Of a stretch of 64,000 nucleotides of DNA, positions 25,534 through 37,177 are shown one piece after another. The stretch lies in assembly GCA_001662655.1 (NCBI GenBank), contig KV460223.1. One strand, written 5' to 3'. The translations under genes were made by a program, and so were the position numbers. Each line of letters opens with the position of its first letter. The stretch's first letter is position 1. The stretch is from Pseudogymnoascus verrucosus (lineage: Eukaryota). A model generated the notes under the pieces. The model was not told the DNA's origin, ran no database searches, and saw only the letters and a list, made by a program, of their open reading frames with translations.

Positions 25534-27257
25534 CTAAGCAGTGGAGTCCCATGGCAGAGCAAACGTACCAACCCATTCCTCAACCTCGCTGCGTAGCTGT
25601 ACAATCTCCGTCTGTCCATCTCCCTCGCCGACGAACTCCAAGAAAGCCTTGACGCTGCCAGGGTTCTTCCTTCCCTTCTCAGTTTGGGCCTCAAGAGCCT
25701 CCTTGTCGAGCCTCTGGGTAATGGTAACGGCGCGGTTGACAATGTCTGCCACGCGAGAGAAGTCCTCGGGTGTGAAGCCACGGGTCGTCATTGCTGGCGT
25801 ACCCATGCGGAGTCCACCGGGCTTGAGGGCGGACTTGTCACCTGGCACGGTGTTCTTGTTCGAGGCAACGCCGACGAGCTCAAGGATGCGCTCAACACGG
25901 GCACCATCAACACCCTGTGGCTTCAGGTCGATAAGGACAAGATGGTTGTCAGTACCGCCAGAAACGATGGTGTAACCGAGACCGCCCTTGTCCTTGGAGT
26001 CTCCAAGGCGCTTGGCCAAAGCTTGTGCGTTTACGAGGACGTTCTCCTGGTATGCCTTGAACTCTGGGCTTTGGGCCTGCTTCAATGCAACGGCAAGGGC
26101 CGTGATAGTGTGGTTGTGGGGGCCACCCTGGTGACCTGGGAAGACGGAGGAGTTGATCTTGTCCTCGAGGTCGTACATAACCTCCTTCTTAGTCTTGGGG
26201 TCAACCTTGCGGACTCCCTTGCGGTAGAAAATCATGGCGCCTCTCGGGCCACGAAGAGACTTGTGTGTCGTCGTGGTAACAACGTCGGAGAAGGGGAATG
26301 GCGAGGGGATGACGCCAGCGGCAACAAGTCCGGAGATGTGAGCCATGTCACTGAAGAGATAGGCTCCGGCCTTGTCGGCGACCTCGCGGAAACGCTTGTA
26401 ATCAAGGAGTCTGGAGTAAGCCGATGTTCCGGCAACAATCAGCTTCGGCCTGTATAGCATAGCCAGCTCTTCCAGCTTCTCGTAATCGATCAATCCAGTC
26501 TCCTCATTGAGGCGGTACGGGAGCGTCTCAAAGTACTTGGAGATGGCCGAGATCTTCTTTGTAGGCGTTTGGTATCCATGTGATAAATGTCCACCGTGCG
26601 GCAGGTCGAGGCCCATCAAGCGATCATGAACATCAAGGACAGCAGAGTAGGCATGGAGGTTGGCGGGAGAGCCGGATAGTGGCTGGACGTTGACGCCCCA
26701 TTCAGCGGGGTCCAAGCCAAATGTCTCCAGAGCTCTCTTCTGGCAAAGCACTTCCGCCTGGTCGATGAACTCGTTACCGCCGTAATATCTCGCACCTGGG
26801 TATCCCTCCGAGTACTTGTCTTTGGCAATTGGTTAGCATTGTTCCGGCAATTGCGGGGTGGTTCAACTAACTTTGCATCACACTTCCAAGAGCATCAAGA
26901 ACAGCTTGCGACGTGAAGTTCTCCGATGGAATCAGGTTGATGAAGTGCTTCTGGCGACGTTTTTCCTACAGCAGTGTTAGTAGCAGTTTTCTCTGACTGC
27001 GCGATGGCATCGCTCACCTTCTGCAGGATCTCGTAGACTTGGGGATCGCCATGTTCGAGGTCGAGCGTTAGAAGCTGCAATTGGGAAGCAGGAGTCAGTG
27101 GAAGTCCTTCAGATTCGCTAGATTTCTGTACTTTCTGCTGGCCTTCTGCGGACCTCGAGGACTGTGCTCTCCGTGCAAATGCTACTGAAGCAAATGCAGT
27201 TCGAGGGAACGGCCTGGAGGCCACAGCACCCAAACGAGACGCGAGTTTCAACGACAT
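25534..27257 (-). CDS. SHM1: Serine hydroxymethyltransferase, mitochondrial
   Basis: [28 protein letters not shown] and the PLP lysine motif [13 protein letters not shown]. Arg/Ala/Ser-rich presequence. Three coding introns plus a probable 5'UTR intron at 27265-27321. Confidence 0.95.
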
Positions 27258-27946
27258 CGCAATTCTGGAGAAACGCGATTAGTCTCTGTCGATTTCGTTA
27301 ATATAGGGTGTGCCGTCTTACCTCAGAAGGCCGATATAGGTGCCTCTTATTCAGTGCTTATGTATTTATATATACATATATTATCGGGCGGTTTCTTGTG
27401 CTCTGAAGCCTTTCGGAATCGGAAGTCCATGCCCGTACTAGATAAGCTCGGTAGGGTAATGTGACGCATTCAAATATTTCCCCTCCGCGCAAATCTTGGC
27501 TTGTCACTCTACCGGCCAATTGGCACAACTTGGTTCTACAAACTATTAACAGTCCTCCATGGAATGGCTACAGAGCTGCACAGGCAGGTCCAGCTCACGC
27601 CAATTATAAAATATTAACAGCAGTTTGGTAAAGTCGTTATTGCAGCCTCAAATTGCATTTCTACCATGTATTCATGCAAACCCTCAACTTCGCCGTCAAG
27701 CTATGAGACTTTCTTGGCCAAGAAGGTATTACAGGTAACGTGTGTATCTTCCACTTACATCATCGACCAGGTCAATCAAAAATATCCTTTCAATCAGCTT
27801 CATCAGGGCTAAAAATAATATTTTGTCGCTCACGACATCTCGTTGCGTATTTGTGGTTGATACAATTACAGCTATAGGCGCTACGTACTTGGTACGAACT
27901 ATCAACTTCTCCGCCCCGTCCATATTTACATTCATCATAAACCCAA

Positions 27947-28856
27947 TTAGATCTTCGATCCAATAACACTTCCGCCGTCCAGCGTGATGGTTGCTCCATT
28001 GACATAAGAACCAGCCCTGCTGCTTAAAAACAGGCAGGTTCCAGCCACATCCTCAGGGCTTCCAATCCTGTTAAGCGGGATCCCGGCCTTGATAGATTCT
28101 CCAAAGTCCTTCAAGGTCTGCGCCATCATTTTGCTCTCAAATGGTCCGCATGCAATGACATTGCTTGTAATGTGTCTCTTTCCAAGGTGGTTGGCCAGGA
28201 CCCTGGAGAGATGGTGCAGACCAGCCTTCGAGGAACTGTACGCAAAGGTCTCGAGAGTCGGCACACGCAGGCCGTCGACGGAGCCGATGTTGATGATGCG
28301 AGAGGGAGAGTCCTGGCCAGCCTTTGCTTCCAGACTAGGTGTGAGGAGTTGGGTAATTGTGAAGACGCGGTGCAGGTTCAGGGTAAGAACACGGGTCCAT
28401 GCGGCATCTGGGTATTCATCGAAGGAAGCGCCCCAGTTGGACCCACTGTTGTTGACGAGCACGTCAAGATGATCCTCACGCTTCCTGAATTCTTCGGCGA
28501 GGCGCTTGCAGTCTTCCAGCTTGTAGAAATCGGCGGGGATCGCATGGGCGGACCCAGGGCCTTCATGGTTGGAGATGTCAGCAATTGACGGCAGATGGCG
28601 GATGTGATGTAGTATTGCTCACCCAGCGCATTCAGCTCAGCGCAAGCCTTGTCGCACGCCTTTGCGTCTCTAGAGGAGATGTACACTTTGGCTCCGTTGG
28701 CAACATAGCCCTCGGAGATCATACGCCCAATGCCTTTGGCACCACCGGTGACGAGAACGACCTTGCCCTGTATTCGGATTCAGCCCTCAATTCTGTAAGG
28801 TCATTCCAGACACTCAAGTAGCTTACCGTGACGTCAAAAAGAGTAGAACGATCCAT
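27947..28856 (-). CDS. Short-chain dehydrogenase/reductase (classical SDR)
   Basis: VLVTGGAKGIG, LVNNSG, INIGS and YSSSK catalytic motif; two introns; ATG at 28856. Confidence 0.9.
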
Positions 28857-29273
28857 CTTGAATATATTTCCAACTTCTGCTGCAAAGATATACACAATTA
28901 AATGATATTTGTAAAGTAAATGTAAGAGTAATTGAATGTTGCGTTCCCCTCCAGACCTAATATGTCAAATCTATGCCTCGGCCCGTGGGCAAGTTTGCTA
29001 TGTTTGACAGAAAAGGGTCCCTCCACACTTGGCCGTTCTAGACCCGACTCTCCACCTACGTAAGTATTGATTAATAACCATCGGAAGTGATGATGATGAA
29101 CTCCCGTGGCGGGGTACTGAGTCTGGCCTTCCAAACTTAGTAATGTGATATTTATTAGAAAAGATATAAACTCGTTCGTTAGCTAAAAGATACCTTCTCA
29201 TCCACAAACACAAACCAGTGAAAGCTTGAAGCACCCTTTTCAAGACCACAAACCACACACATAAGACGTCACA

Positions 29274-30172
29274 ATGGCCAACACAGAGGCTCGAGAGCGC
29301 CTCCGCCAACACTTTTTAAATGCACAGGAATCAGACCATCCTATTAAATGGAATGAGCTCTACCGCGAAGGCTTCATCCCCTGGGACAAAGGCCTCCCTT
29401 CCGCCCCTCTCGCTGAGGCCCTCGCGCGACGCGATCTGATCAGTGAGCCTCCTGTTGCTGTATCTGGCTCAGGAAAGCAACGCAAGCGAGCTCTCGTGCC
29501 GGGCTGTGGCAAGGGCTACGACGTGCTACTTCTTGCTGCGTTTGGATATGATACCTACGGTCTCGAGACGAGTGAACTGGCACTGAAAGGAGCGAGGGAG
29601 ACAGAGGAGAAGCACGGTGGTGACGAGGTGTATCGAGTGAGGAACGAGGAGGTCGGAAAGGGGAAGGTTACTTGGATTACTGGGGACTTCTTCAAGGATG
29701 ATTGGGCAAAGAGTCTAGGAGAGGAGTTCGATGGTACTTTCGATGTGTTGTTCGATTATACCGTATGTTCTAGATCCAAGGTGATAACTCCAAAGCTAAT
29801 CTCATCTAATAGTTTCTAAGCGCGCTGCCGCCTACTCTGAGGGCAGCTTGGTCACTCCGATATAGTCAACTGCTGGCGCCTACTGGCCGCCTCATCTGCC
29901 TTGAGTTTCCAACTTATAAACCTATCAACTCGGGAGGTCCGCCATGGGCTCTTCCCCCGAGTGTATATATGGCGCATCTGCCCCGTCCAGGGAAGACGCT
30001 GGAGTATGATGATCAAGGCGGAATCGTTGACGCCAAGCTGGGCGAACCGCTGAGCAACGGCCTCGTGAGGATAGCACATTTCCAGCCACAGAAGACTCAT
30101 GCGGATGGATACGATGCGGACGGTAACATGACGGATTGGGTTGGTGTCTGGGCGCACCCTATACTCGAATAA
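29274..30172 (+). CDS. SAM-dependent thiol/halide methyltransferase (TPMT family)
   Basis: PWDKG, ALVPGCGKGYDV, GDFF, FDYT|FLSALPP, LICLEFP, GGPPW; one intron ~29763-29811. Confidence 0.88.
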
Positions 30173-30207
30173 TAAATTCGTCCATCTGGTAGAAATTAGG
30201 ACACCAT

Positions 30208-31113
30208 TCAAGGTGCATTCCGAAGCGAGTTATAGTGCTCGCCCAATCCGTATCCGTGGTGATAGTATGCCAGCCATATCTTCTTGGCTTCTTCTCCTGT
30301 CTCCTCGGGGGAGAATTTGTCCAGCCTGCCATCTTGTAGAACACAAATCTCGACATTGTAGCTCTTCGCAAGAGCAATAAGCTCGACTTGTCCACCCCAC
30401 TCCGCAGAATTTTCTATCTTCTGTACATATGCCGGAAGCGGCTCCTCCAAGAATGCCTCAAACTCGTCGGGGTGGCCTTCAATGTATTTCGCCGCGGTCC
30501 TCCTGACTGCCTTGTATCTGAATGCTTCCGTTTTCTCGGCTTCGTTCTTTGTCCTAAGATCTATGCCAGCTTGGTCGAGTTGATCCGCGACAGACGAAAA
30601 TAGACAGTGGCCATCTGGTCGGATCTCTTTTTCGTCCAGCTTGTGAGTTTTGAACGCCTTCAGCATGGCAGTCCTTTCTTGACGCTTCCAGTTCGGGAGT
30701 TTCGCGGCTTCCTCTTGGGCTTTTATTGCCTCTGCTTCTTGCTCTGCGGCGCGGCGCGCTAGACGCTCTTTTTGGCGGTTGCGTTTGGGTTGGGCATCTT
30801 CTGAAGGTGCGGGGTCGGAAATGGCAGTTTTCTGAAGATCCGCGGCGAGGGTCTCGTCCTGGGTAGGCGCAACGCTTGCATCGTCATGCTCTCGCTCGGA
30901 TTCTACCTCTGGCTCGTCTTCCGGGGCATCTCCGCGCAGTGCAGCGAGCTCAGCTGCCTGAGCCTCTTTCAGCTGCCTTTCAAGCTCCGCGCATTCATCG
31001 TTGACACCTTTACGTGTCTTTTTGGTGGCCTGCTTCTTTTTTTGGGTGATGCGCCCCTGGAGGTCTTTATTTTCTTTGCGATGTCTCGCCTGGGCTTCTT
31101 CCAAAGCGTCCAT
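30208..31113 (-). CDS. OTU2: OTU-domain deubiquitinase (Otu2/OTUD6-like)
   Basis: PDGHCLF (catalytic Cys), WGGQVEL, YGLGEHYNSL; charged coiled-coil N-terminus. Confidence 0.92.
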   Translation of the reverse strand: MDALEEAQARHRKENKDLQGRITQKKKQATKKTRKGVNDECAELERQLKEAQAAELAALRGDAPEDEPEVESEREHDDASVAPTQDETLAADLQKTAISDPAPSEDAQPKRNRQKERLARRAAEQEAEAIKAQEEAAKLPNWKRQERTAMLKAFKTHKLDEKEIRPDGHCLFSSVADQLDQAGIDLRTKNEAEKTEAFRYKAVRRTAAKYIEGHPDEFEAFLEEPLPAYVQKIENSAEWGGQVELIALAKSYNVEICVLQDGRLDKFSPEETGEEAKKIWLAYYHHGYGLGEHYNSLRNAP

Positions 31114-31760
31114 GGCTTGGTGTAACTAAAAGAAGCTGGCAGATGTTTGCGTCTGCTACCACAAAATTTCGCTGTTACCCCATGAAGTAGTGATGCGTAC
31201 GCGGGGGGGGTGTGCATATAGCAATTGTAAGAACCCCTCGATAACGGCACAAACTGTTAATCTTCACCGCTAGCGTCTTTTGAGCCTCGGCCATCATTCG
31301 TGGGGGAAACTTCACCCGCTAAAGTTATATTTGCGTGCCGTCACTGCCGAAATCTATACCCCGAGATTCCACCTTCCCATACAATTTCTTAGCCGTACAC
31401 CTAAACTGGGTACCAAATGACGCCAATTCCCAGGATGGTTTCCCAAAATGTTAAGCTTTTTACACCGAAACCTCTAGAGGCTTATGGGTTTAGTTGTAGG
31501 CCGGGCGGCTATGTAAGGACTCCATCCCCCCGCTCTCTGGGCCATAGTTGATCCCAGCATTCTCCTCATGTTATTTCCTCGGCCTCGTTCTATTTAACGG
31601 ACATTTGCACATAAATATACATACGTCCATGTCCGTATACATATGTTCCAATTGTATAATTTTCTCTGTGGCAGAACTTTCTCTGCTAGACTAACAAACA
31701 GTGTACTTTGAGAGCTCCTCCGGTATCGCCATTACCTCGGCGTGATATCTGACTGTTATT

Positions 31761-33568
31761 ATGGTAGATGAGCCAAGGTTAGGCAAGACACTCGATGAGA
31801 CCCAAGACGTAGAAAAGGTGCCTCTGGGCATTGTCTCGGAAGCTGACCACAATGGCGAATGTGGTGCCGTCGATAATGGAGAGAAAGCAAAGAAAAGCGT
31901 GGATGGCCTCTCCATTTCCGCCCCCTCAACTAGCTCCATAAGAGCGGACCGGGCTGGAGAAACCAAGGAGCATACTCGATCCAAATCTCAGTCAGCTTCA
32001 GTACGGTCAAGGGCTGTGACCATAATTCCGCGGTCCAGGAGGAGGGGGTTGCTTGGGCGTCTCGCTCTTATTCCCGAAGTAACAAATCCTCCGGAATATG
32101 CGAGGAAAACGAAATGGCTCATAACACTTATCGTGGCATTGGCTGCTGCGGCTGCGCCCATGGGGAGCGCTATTCTCTTTCGTGAGTCAATTCACGGCTC
32201 TCAGCTGTATAATTTGAATCTCTTTAGCTCGAGTACTGATTATTTTTAGCTACTCTGCCGCAGTTGTCAGCAGAGCTCCATGCCTCATCCACGGTCACGA
32301 ATCTTTCAGTTGCTTTATATATGCTTGCCATGTCTATATTCCCGTTATGGTGGTCTTCATTTTCCGAGACGTTGGGTAGACGAACCATATATCTTGTGTC
32401 ATTTACACTATTTACTTTATTCGCCATTCTCTCTGCGATCAGCACTTCGATTAGTATGCTAATTGTCATGAGAGTCTTATCTGGCGGTGCTGCCGCATCG
32501 GTCCAGGCCGTTGGTGCAGGCACCATTGCAGACATGTGGGAACCAAAGGAGAGGGGGAAGGCTATGGGGATTTTCTACCTTGGACCTCTCATGGGCCCTC
32601 TGTTTGCACCCATCATCGGCGGAGCCCTTGGGCAGCGATTTGGTTGGCGAAGCTCGCAATGGTTTCTTGCCATCTATGGCGGTTGCCTGATTTTGGTCCT
32701 CACTTTCTGTCTCCCGGAAACGCTCCAGAAGACCGTTCCTATCGGCGAGCTTGCTTCCGGAAACCCAGAAACTAGTGAAGACGCCGTCATGCCAGTTGCA
32801 TCACGCATCACGACTCGCCAGTCGGTCAAGGACCAAACTGTCACCGTCGCCCGCGTTTTAAAGCGGTGCTTTATCGACCCGCTCATGATTGTCACGTACC
32901 TGCGTTTCCCTGCTGTTGCGCTGACAGTCTACTATGCGGCAATCACCTTCGGCTGCCTCTACATCCTCAATATATCAGTCCAGGAAACGTTCTCGTCCGC
33001 ACCATATGGGTTTAGTACCATGATTATCGGCCTCATGTACATCCCTAACTCTTTAGGCTACGTCTGTGCGGCTCTCTTCGGCGGCCGCTGGTCCGATATC
33101 ATCATGGCGCGTGAAGCCAAAGCTGCAGGCCGCTACGACACCGAAGGCCGGCTCATTCTCCTCCCTGAAGACCGTATGCGTGAGAATGCGTACATAGCGG
33201 CAGCCATGTACCCGCTTGCATTGGTTTTGTACGGCTGGATCGTATGCTATGGGAAGCATTGGATAATTGCTGCCGTAGCAAATTTCTTTTTTGGCGTTGG
33301 CAGCATGATTATTTTCAGCTGTGCCACGACCATGCTGACAGAATTCATGCCGAAGAAGAGTAGTAACGGGGTTGCATTGAATAACTTCGTGCGGAATATA
33401 TTCAGTTGTGTGGGAGGCATAGTGGCGAGTCCTCTCATAGATACCATTGGGAATGGTTGGTTATTTACAGGCTTAGGTGTATGGGCATTGGGGAGCGGGT
33501 CAGTAGTATGGGCGTTGCGACGTTTTGGGCCCAAGTGGAGAGATGAGATGGTGAAGATACAAGGGTGA
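31761..33568 (+). CDS. MFS drug:H+ antiporter, DHA1 family (Dtr1/Qdr-like)
   Basis: SETLGRRTIY, GAGTIADMWEPKERGKAMG, GPLMGP.FAPIIGG, WRS, LPET; many hydrophobic segments; intron ~32183-32249. Confidence 0.9.
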
Positions 33569-34497
33569 GAAGAGAGGCGTGAGGGAAATTTGTAAAGCTC
33601 GGCGTCTGGGATTTATCAAACATATGGGGAAGTCTCAATTTTGGGAATTTGAAGCGGCTTGTTAATATATTATTGGCAGAACCGACATGTCATGTTAGAA
33701 ATGTTGGAAACCTTCCAATTTACAAATCATTTTTCTCAACCACCTCCTTGCTTGTCTGCCTTTTATATTGATATTCTGGTCATGTCACATGGATGTGACA
33801 AGATTTGGGGTTTTTATCCCGAGTGGCAGGTTCGTCTGTGTTGACAAGCTTTATATCAAATCCGGTCTTTTCAAGGCCGAGAACCAACGAAATAGCATGG
33901 TTGGTTGTGAAGCGTTACTAGCATCTAAGACAAAGTTGGGCTACAAATCTGTGGCATGTCTTATGCGGGTGCGGATAGTACTGATACAGTTTGATTTCCA
34001 ATTCTACGTAGTGGACAATGCCGTGAAACAAAAGGTTCCTTCTATCGAAGACATGTGTGGATTCGCGGCAAAACAACCACTCCACCTTGCCAGAACGGTG
34101 GAAATGTAACCATGCTCATGGATCCCCCACGTCGGAATTAACAAAGTAAGTGAATGAATGGGCTTTATGATCGACTATATTTCACGGCCATCCCCTTTGG
34201 ATGGCCTACTTTCACAACTTAGAACATGCAGGGATCGGGCAATCTTCATAGTTCTCAGTTCTAAAACTAGCACTCTTTGTTCCAATTTTATATTCACTAC
34301 TCTCCACTCATTGTTATTGAGGACAAGCCAAAGACTATTCACCTCACTTCGGCACCATTCTGTCCTTGGCATCACACATATATACCTCCAGGTATCCGTG
34401 AATCTGCTGCCACTCTCAGAACTTTCACATCACAACCATTTTTGAATATCAAGTATCCTACTCTCTTACAACTTGAGCTTTTGGATATATCATCATC

Positions 34498-37177
34498 ATG
34501 AGCTACGTCCAGTGGCTCTTCAAGGGCCTGGACTACGACCAGAATAAACCTGTGAGTTTGATATCACTTCTTCCCTGCCCATGACTTCATAGATGCTAAC
34601 TTTTCTAAATCAGATCTATATCGATGCGAACAACCCAGATCGCGGCCTCTCCGCTTCCCAAGTCAAGACTTTAGTCCTAAAGATAGGTTCAGGCTTGCAA
34701 AAGTTTGGCCTCCAGAAAGGCGACTGTGCTTGTGTGGTCAGCCTCAACGATGTAAGTTTTTTTTTGTCTCATAATGTCTCATTCTAGAACAATGGAGCTG
34801 ACCGTTCTAGATTTATTACACGCCGACATACCTCGGCATCATCGCCGCCGGAGGAATATTCACTGGTGCAAATCCAGGATACACAGTCTTCGAGTTAGCA
34901 CATCACTTGCGTGTGTGCAATGCGAAATTCGTCGTCGCCGACTTACAAACCTTTTCTAAGGTTAAGGAAGCTGCCGCCGAGGTTGGGATCCCAGAATCCA
35001 ATATTATCATTTTCGATGTGCACCACGAGGGTGTGCCATCTGGGACAACGTCCTTCTGGGACCTCATCGGCGATGATGAGATTACCATTGAGGACATTGT
35101 CGACTCAGCAAATGTCCCTGCATCATACATCAGCAGTTCCGGCACGTCGGGCCTCCCGAAGGCTGTGGTGATTCCACACGCATACTTGATCAACCAGTGT
35201 CAGATCCAGACTGAGAGGAAGATGCCATACGAGGTAAGTGTTTTCTTAGTATTCCAGAGACCAAACTGACTGTGTCTAGGTTAGCAGACTGTGTTGTCTT
35301 CCTCCGTTCCCGGCCTATGCCGCCCCATCGCAGCATGGGATGCCACTTAAGACAGGATCTCCCTGCTACATTATGCCGCGTTACGATGGAAATGCGGTTT
35401 TGGATGCAGTTGAGAAATATCAGATCACGGAGGTTCTACTTGTTCCACCGATGGTCCTCTCGCTGCCCTTGTTACCAAAATGCACAAGCTCAACTGTGGC
35501 ATCTCTGCGTCAGGTTTTCTGTGGCGGAGCGGCGATTGCATATCATATCCAGGAACAGCTGTATGACATTCTTCATCCAGATGCTCGCATCAACCAGATC
35601 TTTGGAATGTCGGAATGCGGCTGGGTTTGCGGATTCCAATATCCAGAGAAAGACGAGACCAGTAGTGTTGGTCGGCCATTTGCGGGGTTCTCCCTCAAGT
35701 AAGTATTCCCTATATCCTTTCCCAATTCAAACTTCCAAGCTAACCAGATCACAGAGTTGTAGATAATGCTGGAAACGACTGCCTCGAGGACGGCCAAATT
35801 GGCGAAATCTACATTAAGCCTCCTTTCCCGATGCTGGGGTATCTCAACAACCCCACGGCAACAGCTGAAGCTTTTGCTCCTGGTGGTTGGACCAGAAGCG
35901 GAGATGTTGGATACGTCAAAGACTCTAAGTGGTATGTCCCTGACCGCAAGAAGGACGTCATCAAGGTCAAGGGTTGGCAAGTGAGTCCAACGGAGTTGGA
36001 GAGCGTACTCTTGCTACACGAGGACATCATCGACGCGGGTGTGATTGGCATCCAGGCCGCCAATACATACGACGGCATACCTCGCGGTTTTGTTGTTCGG
36101 CGCCCAGGGAGCACTGTTACTGAAGATGATGTCAAGGCTTGGATGAAGGAGAGGCTTGTGAGGTATAAGCAGCTGGATCGAGTTATTTTCGTTACAGATA
36201 TCCCGAGAAACCCAACGGGAAAGATTCTGAGGCGCCTGCTGCAGGAAGGCAAATACACCGAGGAGGTCGCGGCTGTTGGCGAGCAGATTTCTGCATCGGA
36301 GGCCGTTGTTGAGAAAGTCCCTATCACTGAGAATGGGACTTCGGGCTCTGAGGATGCCGACGAACATGTTACTACACCAGAGGCTATTGCTGAGGAGGCC
36401 CTTGTCACAGAGAACGGAAATTCAAAGGTTCTCGTCACTGAGAATGGACATTCAAACTCTGTGGCTAATGGCGAGCATGTTACTGCACCAGAGGCTATTG
36501 CTGGGGAGGTCCTTGTCACTGAGAATGGAAATCCAAAATCCCTCGTCACTGAGAACGGACATTCAAACTCTGCGGCTAACAGCGAGCAGATTGCTTCACC
36601 AGAGGTCATTGCTGAGGAGGTCCTTATCACTGAGAGCGGGAATTCAAGCCCTGCAGCTATCTATAAGTATGTTGCTTTGTCAGAGCCCGTTTATCAAAGG
36701 GTCCTCGTTACTGAGAACGGAAATACAGGCCCTGCAGCTCTCTATGAGTATATTGCTTTGCCAAAGACCGTTTATCAAAGGGTCCTCGTCACTGAGAACG
36801 GAAATTCTGGCCCTGCGCCTGTCTACAAGTATATTGCTGTGACAGAGACCGTTTATCAGAAGGTCCTCATCACGAGGAATGGAAATACTGGCCCTGAGGT
36901 TACCAGCGAGCAGATTGCTGCACGAGAGATCGTTAATCATAAAGGCTCCGTCACTGAGAATGGGTTTTCAAGTTCTACGACTGACTGCAATCACATCGTT
37001 TCATCAGAGGCCGTCGCCCAGAAGGTTCTTTCCACTGCGAATGGAAATGCAAACCCCGCGGCTGCTTGCGAGCATATTGCTTTACCAAATGTCGTTGTTG
37101 AGGGGTTTCCCGTTGTTGGGAACGGGATTTCAAGCTCTGTCTTACCAAGCGAGGAGCATAGTGCTGTCCCTTCCTAA
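34498..37177 (+). CDS. AMP-dependent acyl-CoA ligase (4-coumarate-CoA ligase-like) with repetitive C-terminal extension
   Basis: SSSGTSGLPKAV, FGMSE, GYLNNP, WTRSGDVG, DRKKDVIKVKGWQVSPTELE, PRNPTGKILR; four introns; start inferred at 34498. Confidence 0.88.
36281..37170 (+). repeat. Coding tandem repeat, 81-nt (27-aa) unit, about 10 copies plus two 30-nt partial copies
   Basis: Recurring gtcactgagaa(c/t)gg = VTENG, with 12 recognisable T-x-N/S-G-like cores. Confidence 0.9.

Noticed and set aside
27680..27945. Possible decayed coding remnant between SHM1 and the SDR
   Set aside because: Multiple stops and no recognisable family; overlaps the expected SDR 3'UTR.
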